DNA from: a virus | Taxonomy: Duplodnaviria; Caudoviricetes | IMG/VR virus record: IMGVR_UViG_3300044983_000133 | Span: 1 to 47,739 of that record | DNA: 47,739 bases | Reading direction: 5' to 3' (one strand) | In this document: in pieces, positions 1 to 8,176 of the stretch | Numbering within the stretch: the stretch's first letter is position 1 | Layout: every line of letters starts with the position of its first letter | The notes under the pieces: generated by a model | Database searches by the model: none | Told to the model about the DNA's origin: nothing | The model's input: only the letters and a program-made list of their open reading frames with translations | Translations under genes and position numbers: made by a program

Positions 1-127
1 GCCGCCTACAATATCGAGCAGCGATACGAGACCTTCACGCGGCAACCAGCGGCGTTCCTCATCCGGTTCGTGCAATCGATCGTCGTTCATCGCGGCTCCT
101 CCGGCGCGGTCGGCTCCTGAGAGGCGA
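1..127. repeat. 127-bp terminal overlap, left copy (circular assembly junction)
   Basis: Identical to 47613-47739; 127 is a common assembler k-mer length, and ORFs read through the junction. Confidence 0.97.
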
Positions 128-296
128 CCCAATCTTTGAGCCAGCCGAGCACCAGCGCGCGCAGCGAGACGCCTTCGCGTTTGGCTTTGGCGCGCACGGC
201 ATCGTAGAGCGTCGGCGGGATCCGATCGATCAGGAGCTGCACGCGGCGCTCCGTCTTCGGGGTGAACTCGCGGGAGTAGCCTCGCTTCTTTGCCAT
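87..296 (-). CDS. ribbon-helix-helix (Arc/CopG-like) DNA-binding protein
   Basis: RVQLLIDRIPPTLYDAVRAKAKREGVSLRALVLGWLKDW fits a beta-strand-helix-GxS-helix pattern; alternative start at 326; stop overlaps the ATG of the next gene across the junction. Confidence 0.75.
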   Translation of the reverse strand: MAKKRGYSREFTPKTERRVQLLIDRIPPTLYDAVRAKAKREGVSLRALVLGWLKDWVASQEPTAPEEPR

Positions 297-342
297 CCCG
301 CGAGTGTAGACCGCTTCAGTCGCCACTCAGCACCACGTATCG

Positions 343-555
343 CTAGCCAGCGCGAGAGGCGTCCCATACCTCGCCGCCGTCGCCGTTGTCATGAATCGCG
401 GCCGATCCAGCGAGCACCAGTGCTTCGTGCGGATCGTGGCCCTCGTCGCGGAGTTGCCGCACGGCGAGCGCCAACGCTTCCGCGTCGGTTGAGGCATTGA
501 TGTATTCGTGAAAAATTCTGCCTTGCCCATACGTGACGATGACGAGACGCGTCAC
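343..555 (-). CDS. hypothetical protein
   Basis: GTG at 555 overlaps the upstream TGA (GTGA coupling); globular-looking translation MTRLVIVTYGQG... Confidence 0.6.
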   Translation of the reverse strand: MTRLVIVTYGQGRIFHEYINASTDAEALALAVRQLRDEGHDPHEALVLAGSAAIHDNGDGGEVWDASRAG

Positions 556-779
556 GACCGCACCACCCACCGCTTGCCGTTCGGCTTCAACGCCTCGCGT
601 CCCAGCCCGTGGTAGCACTCGCGCTCCCACGACCGTAGAAAGCCGCCGTAGGAATCGTCCTCCGTCTCGACATAGAACTGACCGCGTGATTCGATGATGT
701 AGACCTGCTTATTCGGCATGTCCGCAACCGCCCGCTCCCGCGCTTCCTGCTCACTGGCGAATCCTTTATGGTCGGCCAT
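552..779 (-). CDS. hypothetical protein (internal start inside ORF 552..1598)
   Basis: ATG at 779 preceded by a GGAGGTG RBS and its own promoter. Confidence 0.7.
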   Translation of the reverse strand: MADHKGFASEQEARERAVADMPNKQVYIIESRGQFYVETEDDSYGGFLRSWERECYHGLGREALKPNGKRWVVRS

Positions 780-1598
780 CTCTCTCACCTCCAAGAGACA
801 GCATAACACATTACTAGTATTCGTGTCAAGTCTACTAGTATTATACGTCTTCCGCTCCCCACCCAGCGGGAGGGCGAGGAGGGCTGAGAGTTGGTCCTGA
901 ATCTTCTGCACGTCTTTCGCCCGCATCATCTCCTCGTTGTCTGTATCTCCAGCGAGCGATCCGCCTACTAGATACCGACGCAGTCGCTTCATTCGCTCCA
1001 CCACCTGCCGGAGCGCTCCATCGGTGGCCTGCGAACGATCTCGAATCGATTCGAAGTCGCGCGTGAAGATGATGCGCTCACGCAGGCCAGTCACCGACTG
1101 CTTCGCATCCTTCAGATTGTTGACGCCGATAAAATCGAACAACTCTCGGAGCACGCCATCGCTCACCAAGCATCCCGAATCATTTGCAGAATCAGATTGA
1201 TCGCCAGCGCTACCAGTGAACCGCCGATCAGCGCCTCGAATAGATCGACCCACCAAGTCGACTTCTTTTTCATTTTTACCCACCTCGGTGGAGGCGTGGA
1301 CCTTGTCGGAAGCGTTGAGAATCGCGATCAAGTCCTGCGCGATTTGGCTGCTTTTCGGATCAGACCGTCCGCACAGTCGATCGACGTAGTTGCCGATTTG
1401 CTCTCGCAACGGCTCGGTGGAGGCGTGGAGCGCCCGCAGGCGTTCGATTTCAGTAATCAGCACGGGCATATCACACTCGATGACATTGACGACACGCCCT
1501 GAGTCGTAGGCTTCAATGCAAGCGCAGCGTCGTCGCTTGATCGCTTGCAGGTCCAGCACGGGCGAGTCGGACGCCGTGGCTTCGTTGGCTTTAGACAT
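552..1598 (-). CDS. mosaic accessory early protein, open in frame into 552..779
   Basis: ATG at 1598 overlaps the upstream stop region; repeated HASTE linker; no stop before 552. Confidence 0.6.
   Translation of the reverse strand: MSKANEATASDSPVLDLQAIKRRRCACIEAYDSGRVVNVIECDMPVLITEIERLRALHASTEPLREQIGNYVDRLCGRSDPKSSQIAQDLIAILNASDKVHASTEVGKNEKEVDLVGRSIRGADRRFTGSAGDQSDSANDSGCLVSDGVLRELFDFIGVNNLKDAKQSVTGLRERIIFTRDFESIRDRSQATDGALRQVVERMKRLRRYLVGGSLAGDTDNEEMMRAKDVQKIQDQLSALLALPLGGERKTYNTSRLDTNTSNVLCCLLEVREMADHKGFASEQEARERAVADMPNKQVYIIESRGQFYVETEDDSYGGFLRSWERECYHGLGREALKPNGKRWVVRS
800..842 (-). promoter_or_regulatory. sigma70-type promoter with twin palindromic operator boxes
   Basis: TTGACA (829-824), 18 bp spacer, TGnTATGCT; TACTAGTATT at 812-821 and 833-842; AT-rich island. 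Confidence 0.8.
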
Positions 1599-2436
1599 AT
1601 ACACGCGCCATAAAACCAGCTGCACGCAACGCGGCTTCGATTTGGGCTGCTAGTTCGCTGCGCGTCACACCCTCGCGATCAGCCTGCGCGAGTAACTGTC
1701 TCACGAGCGTATCAATATTCAGATCCTTCATGGCTTTCTCCTGGGACGAAGGGAGGGGTGCAGGAGTGGACTCTGCGATGAGCGTCACGCGACCACCGCA
1801 ACCCTGATGAAGACCGTCCTGGGGAGGATCCCACGGCGTCGCCACTCCGCACTTCTCACATCGTGACCGCATACCATGCTCCGTCGTGGCCCCTGGAGCG
1901 GCCCGCAAGGCTGCCGCAGCTTCGTTGAGAAGGTTAATTGTCTCCCAATCCCAAAATGGTCGCCGACCCTTCTTCAGCGTCTCGCCGTGTTGGCTAAGAC
2001 GCGTCGCTAGCTCCTTCAGCGGCGGCGAGGCGGGAGCGGCTGCTGTTGCGGTATCTGCAGATCGCTGATCAATGGCGTCGAGCATCTGTTTCGTTCGCTC
2101 AGCGGCCCGCATCTGAGCATCCGGCGACATGCGCGCGCGTAGCTCATTGAACGGCTTGCGACTCATATAAATGCCATCCCTTACGACTGTTTCATTTCCA
2201 CCCGCAGTTGTTGGCGGGACAACGCGTTCCGGCGAGGCGGGCGCGGCCTGGAGGGCGTCCCCAGATCGCCATTCGTAGGCCGCATCGCGCATCTGTAAGG
2301 CGATTCGACGGACCGGTTCGGCGACTTCCTCCTCAATATTGCGCGCGAGCGAGGCGCCACAGACGATCCGCACCAACTGCGCTGCCCAGTCCAGCACCCG
2401 CTCGGCGCCGCGCGGGGCGGCCGACTTGTCAGTCAT
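1591..2436 (-). CDS. mosaic accessory early protein with a small Zn-finger module
   Basis: Overlapping start and stop with neighbours; repeated AAPASP linker; CEKC...HxxC. Confidence 0.65.
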   Translation of the reverse strand: MTDKSAAPRGAERVLDWAAQLVRIVCGASLARNIEEEVAEPVRRIALQMRDAAYEWRSGDALQAAPASPERVVPPTTAGGNETVVRDGIYMSRKPFNELRARMSPDAQMRAAERTKQMLDAIDQRSADTATAAAPASPPLKELATRLSQHGETLKKGRRPFWDWETINLLNEAAAALRAAPGATTEHGMRSRCEKCGVATPWDPPQDGLHQGCGGRVTLIAESTPAPLPSSQEKAMKDLNIDTLVRQLLAQADREGVTRSELAAQIEAALRAAGFMARVYV

Positions 2437-2611
2437 CGCGACGCTCCAGATGTCCATCAACGTGAATCGTGAAGTTGCAGTGGCCCGAGTCGTCAGTCAT
2501 CCAGCAGTCGTAGCAGATCAGCGCGCCATACCGACCGAACGGCTTCAGTTCGCCTTCCTTGCCGCACTGCGAACAGATTGGCTTCGGTTGGGCGGCGGGT
2601 TCGGCGCTCAT
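2429..2611 (-). CDS. small C4 zinc-finger protein
   Basis: CSQC-x16-CYDC; ATGA overlap with the upstream gene. Confidence 0.7.
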   Translation of the reverse strand: MSAEPAAQPKPICSQCGKEGELKPFGRYGALICYDCWMTDDSGHCNFTIHVDGHLERRDD

Positions 2612-2910
2612 GAGGAGGACTCCGCAAGGTGTCGAGCTTGTTGTTTCAACCGATCAACCAGGGCCACGCCATCAGCTTTCGTCCGTAGGACCACTTTCCG
2701 CCCCTTCCACCGTGACCAGAACCGCTCCTGTGACGGTCTCAGACGCCCGGTAATCGTCTTGATTTCCGCGAGGTCCGATTGCCCATCCACGGCGACCGCG
2801 ACATCCACGGGCCGGCCGAGACGTTCCACGGAGGCTCCGGCACGCTCCATCGCCGCGATCACTTCAGCCGCGTTGGCGTCAATCCGATGAATCGCGTACT
2901 TCAGGCCCAT
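2608..2910 (-). CDS. VRR-NUC-like PD-(D/E)xK nuclease (possible Holliday junction resolvase)
   Basis: RIDAN..., PVD...LAEIKT..GRLRPSQERF..W motif set. Confidence 0.8.
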   Translation of the reverse strand: MGLKYAIHRIDANAAEVIAAMERAGASVERLGRPVDVAVAVDGQSDLAEIKTITGRLRPSQERFWSRWKGRKVVLRTKADGVALVDRLKQQARHLAESSS

Positions 2911-2913
2911 GTC

Positions 2914-3141
2914 CTATGCTTCGGCCTCCGCTGCCGTTAGACGAATCGGATGGTCCCCATACCAGCCCGCGCAGTCTTCACAGACAAACACCGGATCCTG
3001 ATTCATGCTCCGATACCAGCGGCGTTCTTGCGCATCGAGAAACGGTTCTACCTCTGGCGGGATGTCGCGCATTTGCTTCAGCACAGCAAATCGGTCCTCG
3101 TCCGCAGCGAAGTCGCGCAGGCAATCAAAGCATCTCGCCAT
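2914..3141 (-). CDS. small Cys-rich (Zn-binding) hypothetical protein
   Basis: CFDC...CEDC; tightly packed in the operon. Confidence 0.65.
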   Translation of the reverse strand: MARCFDCLRDFAADEDRFAVLKQMRDIPPEVEPFLDAQERRWYRSMNQDPVFVCEDCAGWYGDHPIRLTAAEAEA

Positions 3142-3143
3142 CG

Positions 3144-3380
3144 CTAGTCTCTCGGATGCGCCAAACGGACCGATTTGGCTAACGTGTCCGATCCTGGCGT
3201 CCTCACCAGCACAAACGCGCGCACGATCCGACAGCCATGCTCACGCATCCACGGTTTGAAATGCTGACGCGCAACGGCGCGATTCCAAAACATCGGCAGC
3301 TGCGCCGCATCGAGCAACGGCTTCTGGTCCTTGGTAACAATCACCCACGCCTGTGGAACGCCTGCAAACGCGCTCTTCAT
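3144..3380 (-). CDS. hypothetical protein
   Basis: Operon packing; GAGG RBS. Confidence 0.55.
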   Translation of the reverse strand: MKSAFAGVPQAWVIVTKDQKPLLDAAQLPMFWNRAVARQHFKPWMREHGCRIVRAFVLVRTPGSDTLAKSVRLAHPRD

Positions 3381-3382
3381 GC

Positions 3383-3721
3383 TTAGCCTCTCGGATGCGT
3401 GTCAAACAGCAAACGTTCGCGCGGTTCAGCGGCATCAGGACCGAGAGGATGCGCTGGCCTGACGACATACGACCACAGCTTTTTGCCGCGATGCAGGATG
3501 CCGTCTTTGGTGCGAAAACTCGGCTGGGTGTCCACCAGGTTCATGCCCTCAGCCCTAAGTTCACTGATGCGCGTTCGCACCGCGCCAACGTCGGCTCCAC
3601 AGCTTTCGGCCAGCGTCTCCTGCGTCCAATAGGCGTCGGGATTCGCTTCAAAGTAGGCGCGCAGTTTCTCGCGCTGCGCTTTCCGATCCACGATCTGCTG
3701 CTGCACCGTCGGCTCGCTCAT
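3383..3721 (-). CDS. winged-helix DNA-binding protein
   Basis: WTQETLAESCG...AVRTRISELRAEGMNL wHTH pattern. Confidence 0.75.
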   Translation of the reverse strand: MSEPTVQQQIVDRKAQREKLRAYFEANPDAYWTQETLAESCGADVGAVRTRISELRAEGMNLVDTQPSFRTKDGILHRGKKLWSYVVRPAHPLGPDAAEPRERLLFDTHPRG

Positions 3722-3751
3722 GGCGCGTTCACTCCGTGCCCATCAGGCCGA

Positions 3752-4075
3752 TTACTCGTCGCACTTCCAAAACATCCACGGCAGCGTGCCGTCAACGCAT
3801 TCAGGACCAAAGTCAGCAGACTCCGAACGCGCGTTTTCCTCTGTGCCCCACAGGTTCACGAACGGCAGGTAGTGATCGATCTCCCAGTAACGACCGAAGA
3901 GGCATCGCAGCCCGTCCAAGCGTCCGTCGTAGGCGAGGTGATGCTGCTCGGGCCGATACGTCTTGCCAGCGATGCAAACGGCGCCATTCCGCACGGTCCG
4001 CACTTCCCAGCCGCGATCTTTCCCGGTTGGTCCACCCATCGCGTCACCGACTCCGTTGATGCTGACTCGGCCCAT
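3752..4075 (-). CDS. hypothetical protein
   Basis: Operon packing; protein-like composition. Confidence 0.6.
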   Translation of the reverse strand: MGRVSINGVGDAMGGPTGKDRGWEVRTVRNGAVCIAGKTYRPEQHHLAYDGRLDGLRCLFGRYWEIDHYLPFVNLWGTEENARSESADFGPECVDGTLPWMFWKCDE

Positions 4076-4085
4076 ACGCCACGCT

Positions 4086-4439
4086 TCAGTCGTTCTCGAA
4101 GCGGATGAAGGCGCAGCGATCGTAGAAGGCCGCTTTGTAGAAGATGCTCGCGATCTTCACGTCACCAGCGAACAACTCCGACCACATCGAATGATCAGTC
4201 GGCCTAACCTCCGTGCCTTTCGGAAGCTTCACGTCCACAAATAGCGCGTCACCCTTGGACGGACCGACGATCTGGATCTGATGCTTCGCAGCGAGTTCTG
4301 GCGTCAGGCCATCGGCCGGAAGTTGCGATGAGCGCGCTAACTGCGCCTGTCCCTGCGCTTCTTGTCGTTCGATGCTCTCTGGATCGCCTCCGAGCACCCA
4401 TTCAGGACGCGGATTATTTGTCGTGTTCTCGATCGCCAT
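4086..4439 (-). CDS. conserved phage hypothetical protein
   Basis: AGGAG RBS; IExQEAxGQ and TDHSMWS...IFYKAAFYDR motifs recalled from other phage proteins. Confidence 0.75.
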   Translation of the reverse strand: MAIENTTNNPRPEWVLGGDPESIERQEAQGQAQLARSSQLPADGLTPELAAKHQIQIVGPSKGDALFVDVKLPKGTEVRPTDHSMWSELFAGDVKIASIFYKAAFYDRCAFIRFEND

Positions 4440-4574
4440 TTACGCTCTCCTCTTCAAGTCGCGGAGATCATCCACGACGAATCGCGGCGGTTTCCCAAAC
4501 GCTAGAAACTTCAACGCCCAGCCCAGCATGCTCACGAGGGACGCGCCGATCACCAGACTGACCAGCAGCCTCAT
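4440..4574 (-). CDS. 44-aa membrane micropeptide (not in ORF track)
   Basis: Manual translation MRLLVSLVIGASLVSMLGWALKFLAFGKPPRFVVDDLRDLKRRA; ATGA overlap upstream; stop abuts the next ATG. Confidence 0.65.
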   Translation of the reverse strand: MRLLVSLVIGASLVSMLGWALKFLAFGKPPRFVVDDLRDLKRRA

Positions 4575-4798
4575 GATTGCGCTTTTCGTTTCAGCGCTTC
4601 GCGCTCGTAATCCGCGCGTCGATAGGCATCGATCACGTCGATCACTTCGACCACCACGACGGTGCCGCCAGCATTCGCCAGATGCGACTCGCGCAATTCC
4701 ACCGCCTCCAGAATGGTCGCGCAGTCCTTGCGATCGACAATCGCCCAGCCTTCGGTGCCGTAGTCATGTAGAACCCAAAACTTCGTGGCGGTGCTCAT
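4571..4798 (-). CDS. hypothetical protein
   Basis: GGAG RBS before ATG 4798; alternative start at 4828. Confidence 0.6.
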   Translation of the reverse strand: MSTATKFWVLHDYGTEGWAIVDRKDCATILEAVELRESHLANAGGTVVVVEVIDVIDAYRRADYEREALKRKAQS

Positions 4799-4834
4799 GC
4801 GGGCGTGCTCCAACATCAGAAAGTGCAAATTCCT

Positions 4835-5104
4835 TTAACGCGAATGGTCAACTGTGACCCTGTCGTCATTCGACTTACCGCGTCCACCGTCGGTGGTAAT
4901 CCGCTGCTGTTTCAAGAGATCGTCCACAAATGGTGCGATGCCAAGCATCACGAAGTCGAGCACTTCCGACCATTCGCGCGTCGGCAAATCACGAATGTCG
5001 AGCCAAATCCTGTTCGACAGATGATGAGACGACGCTTTGCGAAATGCGCAGTGGAAGCCTTCGCCCAACAGGGACTTCAAATCGTCGCGATCCTTCTTCT
5101 TCAT
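4835..5104 (-). CDS. hypothetical protein
   Basis: GGAGGAG RBS. Confidence 0.65.
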   Translation of the reverse strand: MKKKDRDDLKSLLGEGFHCAFRKASSHHLSNRIWLDIRDLPTREWSEVLDFVMLGIAPFVDDLLKQQRITTDGGRGKSNDDRVTVDHSR

Positions 5105-5128
5105 GGCGGCGGCTCCTCCGTCTCTCCC

Positions 5129-5359
5129 CTAGCGCGATTTCTCAACACGAATCCCGCCAGTCTCAGCGAGCGCCTGCTCCAACTCGCCGTTCATCGGATA
5201 GCGCACGGCAACGGCGCGTCCACGCAAGACCGCCCACGCCGCAGACACATAGTCGCTATAGAACTGCAGCGGCACGGCGCGAACCCAGCCAGGGGAAAAC
5301 GCCGACAGACTCGACTTCACGTCTTCGCTACCGATCAAATCTTTCAGTGTATAAATCAT
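5129..5359 (-). CDS. hypothetical protein
   Basis: ATGA overlap with the upstream gene. Confidence 0.65.
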   Translation of the reverse strand: MIYTLKDLIGSEDVKSSLSAFSPGWVRAVPLQFYSDYVSAAWAVLRGRAVAVRYPMNGELEQALAETGGIRVEKSR

Positions 5360-5580
5360 GGCTCGTTCACCGTCTCCGCGATCTCGTTTTTCCGTCCCGC
5401 TTTCCGCTCAGCCTTCCGCATGAGATACCGCGCCCGCTTCTGCTTGTGCGCCTCCGTGATCGTCGCTTCGCCGATCTGGTCGCGCACTTCGAGCAGAATG
5501 ATGCGCGCCGCCACGTAACTGCTATCCTTCGCCGCGAACAGTCGCGTGACCCAGTAGTCGATGTCTGCGTCAGTCCACAT
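5356..5580 (-). CDS. hypothetical protein
   Basis: Operon packing. Confidence 0.6.
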   Translation of the reverse strand: MWTDADIDYWVTRLFAAKDSSYVAARIILLEVRDQIGEATITEAHKQKRARYLMRKAERKAGRKNEIAETVNEP

Positions 5581-5583
5581 AGT

Positions 5584-5682
5584 TCACTTCTCAATGATGC
5601 CGCGCGCAATGACGTAGACCGTCCAGCACACGATAATCGTCGCGATCACAATGGCTTCAGCGAGCGTCAATCCCGTGTTCAT
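5584..5682 (-). CDS. 32-aa single-TM micropeptide with a prepilin-like N-terminus (not in ORF track)
   Basis: Manual translation MNTGLTLAEAIVIATIIVCWTVYVIARGIIEK; ATGA overlap; fills the gap exactly. Confidence 0.7.
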   Translation of the reverse strand: MNTGLTLAEAIVIATIIVCWTVYVIARGIIEK

Positions 5683-5972
5683 GGTTGTCCGGCCGTCTCC
5701 GCGATCTCGTGCATGACCGGCGAGTCGATCCGCCGCTTGCGTGTCTTCGACTTCGCCTGACGGACGGGCTTCTGCGCATTGCGTCTAGTCATGTCCGCGA
5801 AGTCCAAGAGTTGTTTCGCCGTCGCTTGGATACTTGACGGCACAATCCCCGCCGCGATGTCCTGCACATCCTCGATCGTCAAGCATTCCATCCTGAACTC
5901 TTCGACCAAGTCCGCCTCAATGACCGGTTTCGTGTAGTCCGCGCCGTTGCACTCGCCGATGATGGTCGCCAT
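5679..5972 (-). CDS. hypothetical protein
   Basis: Start abuts the upstream stop. Confidence 0.6.
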   Translation of the reverse strand: MATIIGECNGADYTKPVIEADLVEEFRMECLTIEDVQDIAAGIVPSSIQATAKQLLDFADMTRRNAQKPVRQAKSKTRKRRIDSPVMHEIAETAGQP

Positions 5973-6305
5973 CTACGACAATTCGTCCAACGAATGCACG
6001 ACGGCGCAGCCCAATGCCTCAGCGTGCGCCTTCTCGCGAACGGCTCCCGCACTCGTCTCCCAACGCGGCAGCATCATGACGTGCGTGCAGCGTTCGATGA
6101 CGGCAAAGTCGTAGGCGATCCACGTCTCGTAGTCGACGTTAAACGCAGAGGGAAACGCACCGCTCAAATGCGGACAGAAGGCTGGAATGCCGCGACGCAG
6201 GCACTCGAGGTAGACCTTGACAGCAGCGGCTACGTTCTCCTCGACGGTGTAACCGTGCTTGGCGGTAATCGGCCCTGACAGATAGACGAACACGTCTCGG
6301 TTCAT
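5973..6305 (-). CDS. DUF4406/DUF1937-type nucleoside 2-deoxyribosyltransferase-like protein
   Basis: VYLSGPIT...PH...D..VIERC..V.MLPRWETSAGA.RE...A signature; ATGA overlap. Confidence 0.85.
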   Translation of the reverse strand: MNRDVFVYLSGPITAKHGYTVEENVAAAVKVYLECLRRGIPAFCPHLSGAFPSAFNVDYETWIAYDFAVIERCTHVMMLPRWETSAGAVREKAHAEALGCAVVHSLDELS

Positions 6306-6721
6306 CGCCTGGGATTCCCTTCGCGATACTCCATCTCGCCGGCATAAATGCGCAGTGGCCCGTCTGCGCCGCGCAGCGTCAGATACTCGATCGCCCAGTC
6401 GTGCGCGTCGTACGTGTCGTGGTGCCCTTGACACAGCATCGCCGTTCCCGCAGTCGTATGCCGCCGTTCCGGTTCTTGGCCGCGTGTATGACACCGTCGA
6501 GCGTCTTCCAAGTGGGCGAGCGCGGATGTGCCGCGACATGGCCCGACGATCACGCGCAGCATCGGATCATCCGATTGGACGCGGCAGTAACCGTCTCGCT
6601 CCACATCGTGCTCGCGTACGGCTTTCACGATCTGGGTTTCTCGCCGATCCACGCGACCTTTTGTGGTTGAGCGCTTCTCTGGTTTCGCATGGAGCAAGCC
6701 GCTACTCGGTCCCATATCCAT
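6302..6721 (-). CDS. HNH-like nuclease
   Basis: VxERDGYC...C...AHL...LCQGHH pattern. Confidence 0.65.
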   Translation of the reverse strand: MDMGPSSGLLHAKPEKRSTTKGRVDRRETQIVKAVREHDVERDGYCRVQSDDPMLRVIVGPCRGTSALAHLEDARRCHTRGQEPERRHTTAGTAMLCQGHHDTYDAHDWAIEYLTLRGADGPLRIYAGEMEYREGNPRR

Positions 6722-7158
6722 CAGCGTCCGAGCCTCGTCGGTTTCGACCGCACCGCCATCTCCACCGCATCTTCCGGCCGTCGTTGCTTCAAGAGTTGCC
6801 GGCGTCGTTCTTCGCCTTTGTGACAGTCACAAGGTGCCGCGTAGGTATGTCCAGGCGCGCATGTCCCTTGCCCTGTGTGGTCGTCTCCTGACTGTCCTGG
6901 AAGCTTGAACGGCCGCCCGCACGATCGCTGCTGACACGTCCGAATCGCCCATCCTGAGTCGCTGCAGACTTCACAGAAGTAGTGCCACGGCTCCGTGCGA
7001 CCCTTCGGCCACGCCTGCTCGAGCGCCGTCGCGACATAGCTCTCGATCTGCTCGCGAGAGGCACCATCACCGCGCAGTTTCTCGGCCATCAACATCGCGG
7101 CGCTGAACGTCCCGGCCAGCTCGCCATCGGTGCGTGCCAGCGCTTTCACGAACTTCAC
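6721..7158 (-). CDS. Zn-binding replication-associated protein (possible helicase-loader partner)
   Basis: CEVCSDSGW...PCDC; lies directly after the initiator with GTGA coupling. Confidence 0.55.
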   Translation of the reverse strand: MKFVKALARTDGELAGTFSAAMLMAEKLRGDGASREQIESYVATALEQAWPKGRTEPWHYFCEVCSDSGWAIRTCQQRSCGRPFKLPGQSGDDHTGQGTCAPGHTYAAPCDCHKGEERRRQLLKQRRPEDAVEMAVRSKPTRLGR

Positions 7159-7844
7159 AACGTGCCTTGCTCGGCTTGTCGGAGCCGGTCATCCGCCCAG
7201 GAGGCCTTCTTGAAGAACACGTGGAACCCTCGGTCGGTGCGGGTGATCCACTCGTCGGCATCGGTCGTCAAGACGATGCGCGCGAGCTTTTCGAGCCGCT
7301 CGTCTGGCCACGTCTTCACAAGTGTCAGCGCTTGCTGAAATTCAATCGGACTCGCAATCAACGCTAACTGCGCACCATTGCGCCACTTGCTGTACCACGC
7401 TGGGTAGAGTTCTTCGCGCAATCGTCCAGCACGCGCGCGCAAGCGCTCATCGGACGCGCCATTTGGTGGTTTTCCCTCAGACTCCCTTTCCGAAAGATCA
7501 GTACTCTTACCCACGCCACTTGTCATCGCGCGTTTCACTCTGAAGTCTGTAACGCGCTGCTGTAACGCGTTACGCTTCTTCATCACGGTCTCTCGGCTGT
7601 CGTTCCAATCCAGGTAGTCGTGAACGGAGAATCCGCGGTCATGTGCTTCCCAGAGTCTGTTCGTCACGAGATCGGCAGATGCCCGCCTTAGCCGAATCGG
7701 TACCGTGTGCGACTCGATCAAGCCATCTGTGAGATGCTGCTGACTGTGTGACAATCCCCACACCCAGAGCCGAAACGCTTTATCGGACAACCCGATCACT
7801 TTCGGGTGCGACAAGGCTGCGTCGTGAATCCGCACCCAAGCCAT
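7155..7844 (-). CDS. phage replication initiator (RepA/O-like)
   Basis: MAWVRIHD...HPKV..LSDKAFRLWV.GL...DG.I...W...F.VHDYLDWN N-terminal family motif; internal iteron-like repeats. Confidence 0.8.
   Translation of the reverse strand: MAWVRIHDAALSHPKVIGLSDKAFRLWVWGLSHSQQHLTDGLIESHTVPIRLRRASADLVTNRLWEAHDRGFSVHDYLDWNDSRETVMKKRNALQQRVTDFRVKRAMTSGVGKSTDLSERESEGKPPNGASDERLRARAGRLREELYPAWYSKWRNGAQLALIASPIEFQQALTLVKTWPDERLEKLARIVLTTDADEWITRTDRGFHVFFKKASWADDRLRQAEQGTL
7547..7573. repeat. iteron-like repeats, candidate replication origin
   Basis: CTGTAACGCG at 7547 and 7560; palindrome GTAACGCGTTAC at 7562-7573; lies in the middle of the initiator gene. Confidence 0.55.
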
Positions 7845-8174
7845 TTACCAGACGCTCGGCGCGCGCGCGGCGCTGATCATTGTCTTGTTTCCAGGCGGCA
7901 CGAGTTTCCGAATCAGTCTCGCTTCATCCATCAGCCAGTCACCGAATCGTTTCGATCTTTTGTATTTGATTCGGAGGTGAACCGATCCGCCCCATGGCGT
8001 TATCCAGACACCCTCCACGCAACGAATCTTGTGATACGGGAAACGCTCCGCGAGACTCCAGCTTGAGCCCACGTACGTGAGTCGTTGACCGAGAGAGATG
8101 ACATAGACGCCTGGACACCTTGGCATGGATACGCTGACCAAACCGATCGATGCTGTCCGCCATCGAGTCGCCAT
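7845..8174 (-). CDS. GIY-YIG nuclease-like protein
   Basis: PGVYVI...YVGSS.SL.ER..H, then E..LIRKL.P.GN. Confidence 0.75.
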   Translation of the reverse strand: MATRWRTASIGLVSVSMPRCPGVYVISLGQRLTYVGSSWSLAERFPYHKIRCVEGVWITPWGGSVHLRIKYKRSKRFGDWLMDEARLIRKLVPPGNKTMISAARAPSVW

Positions 8175-8176
8175 GC

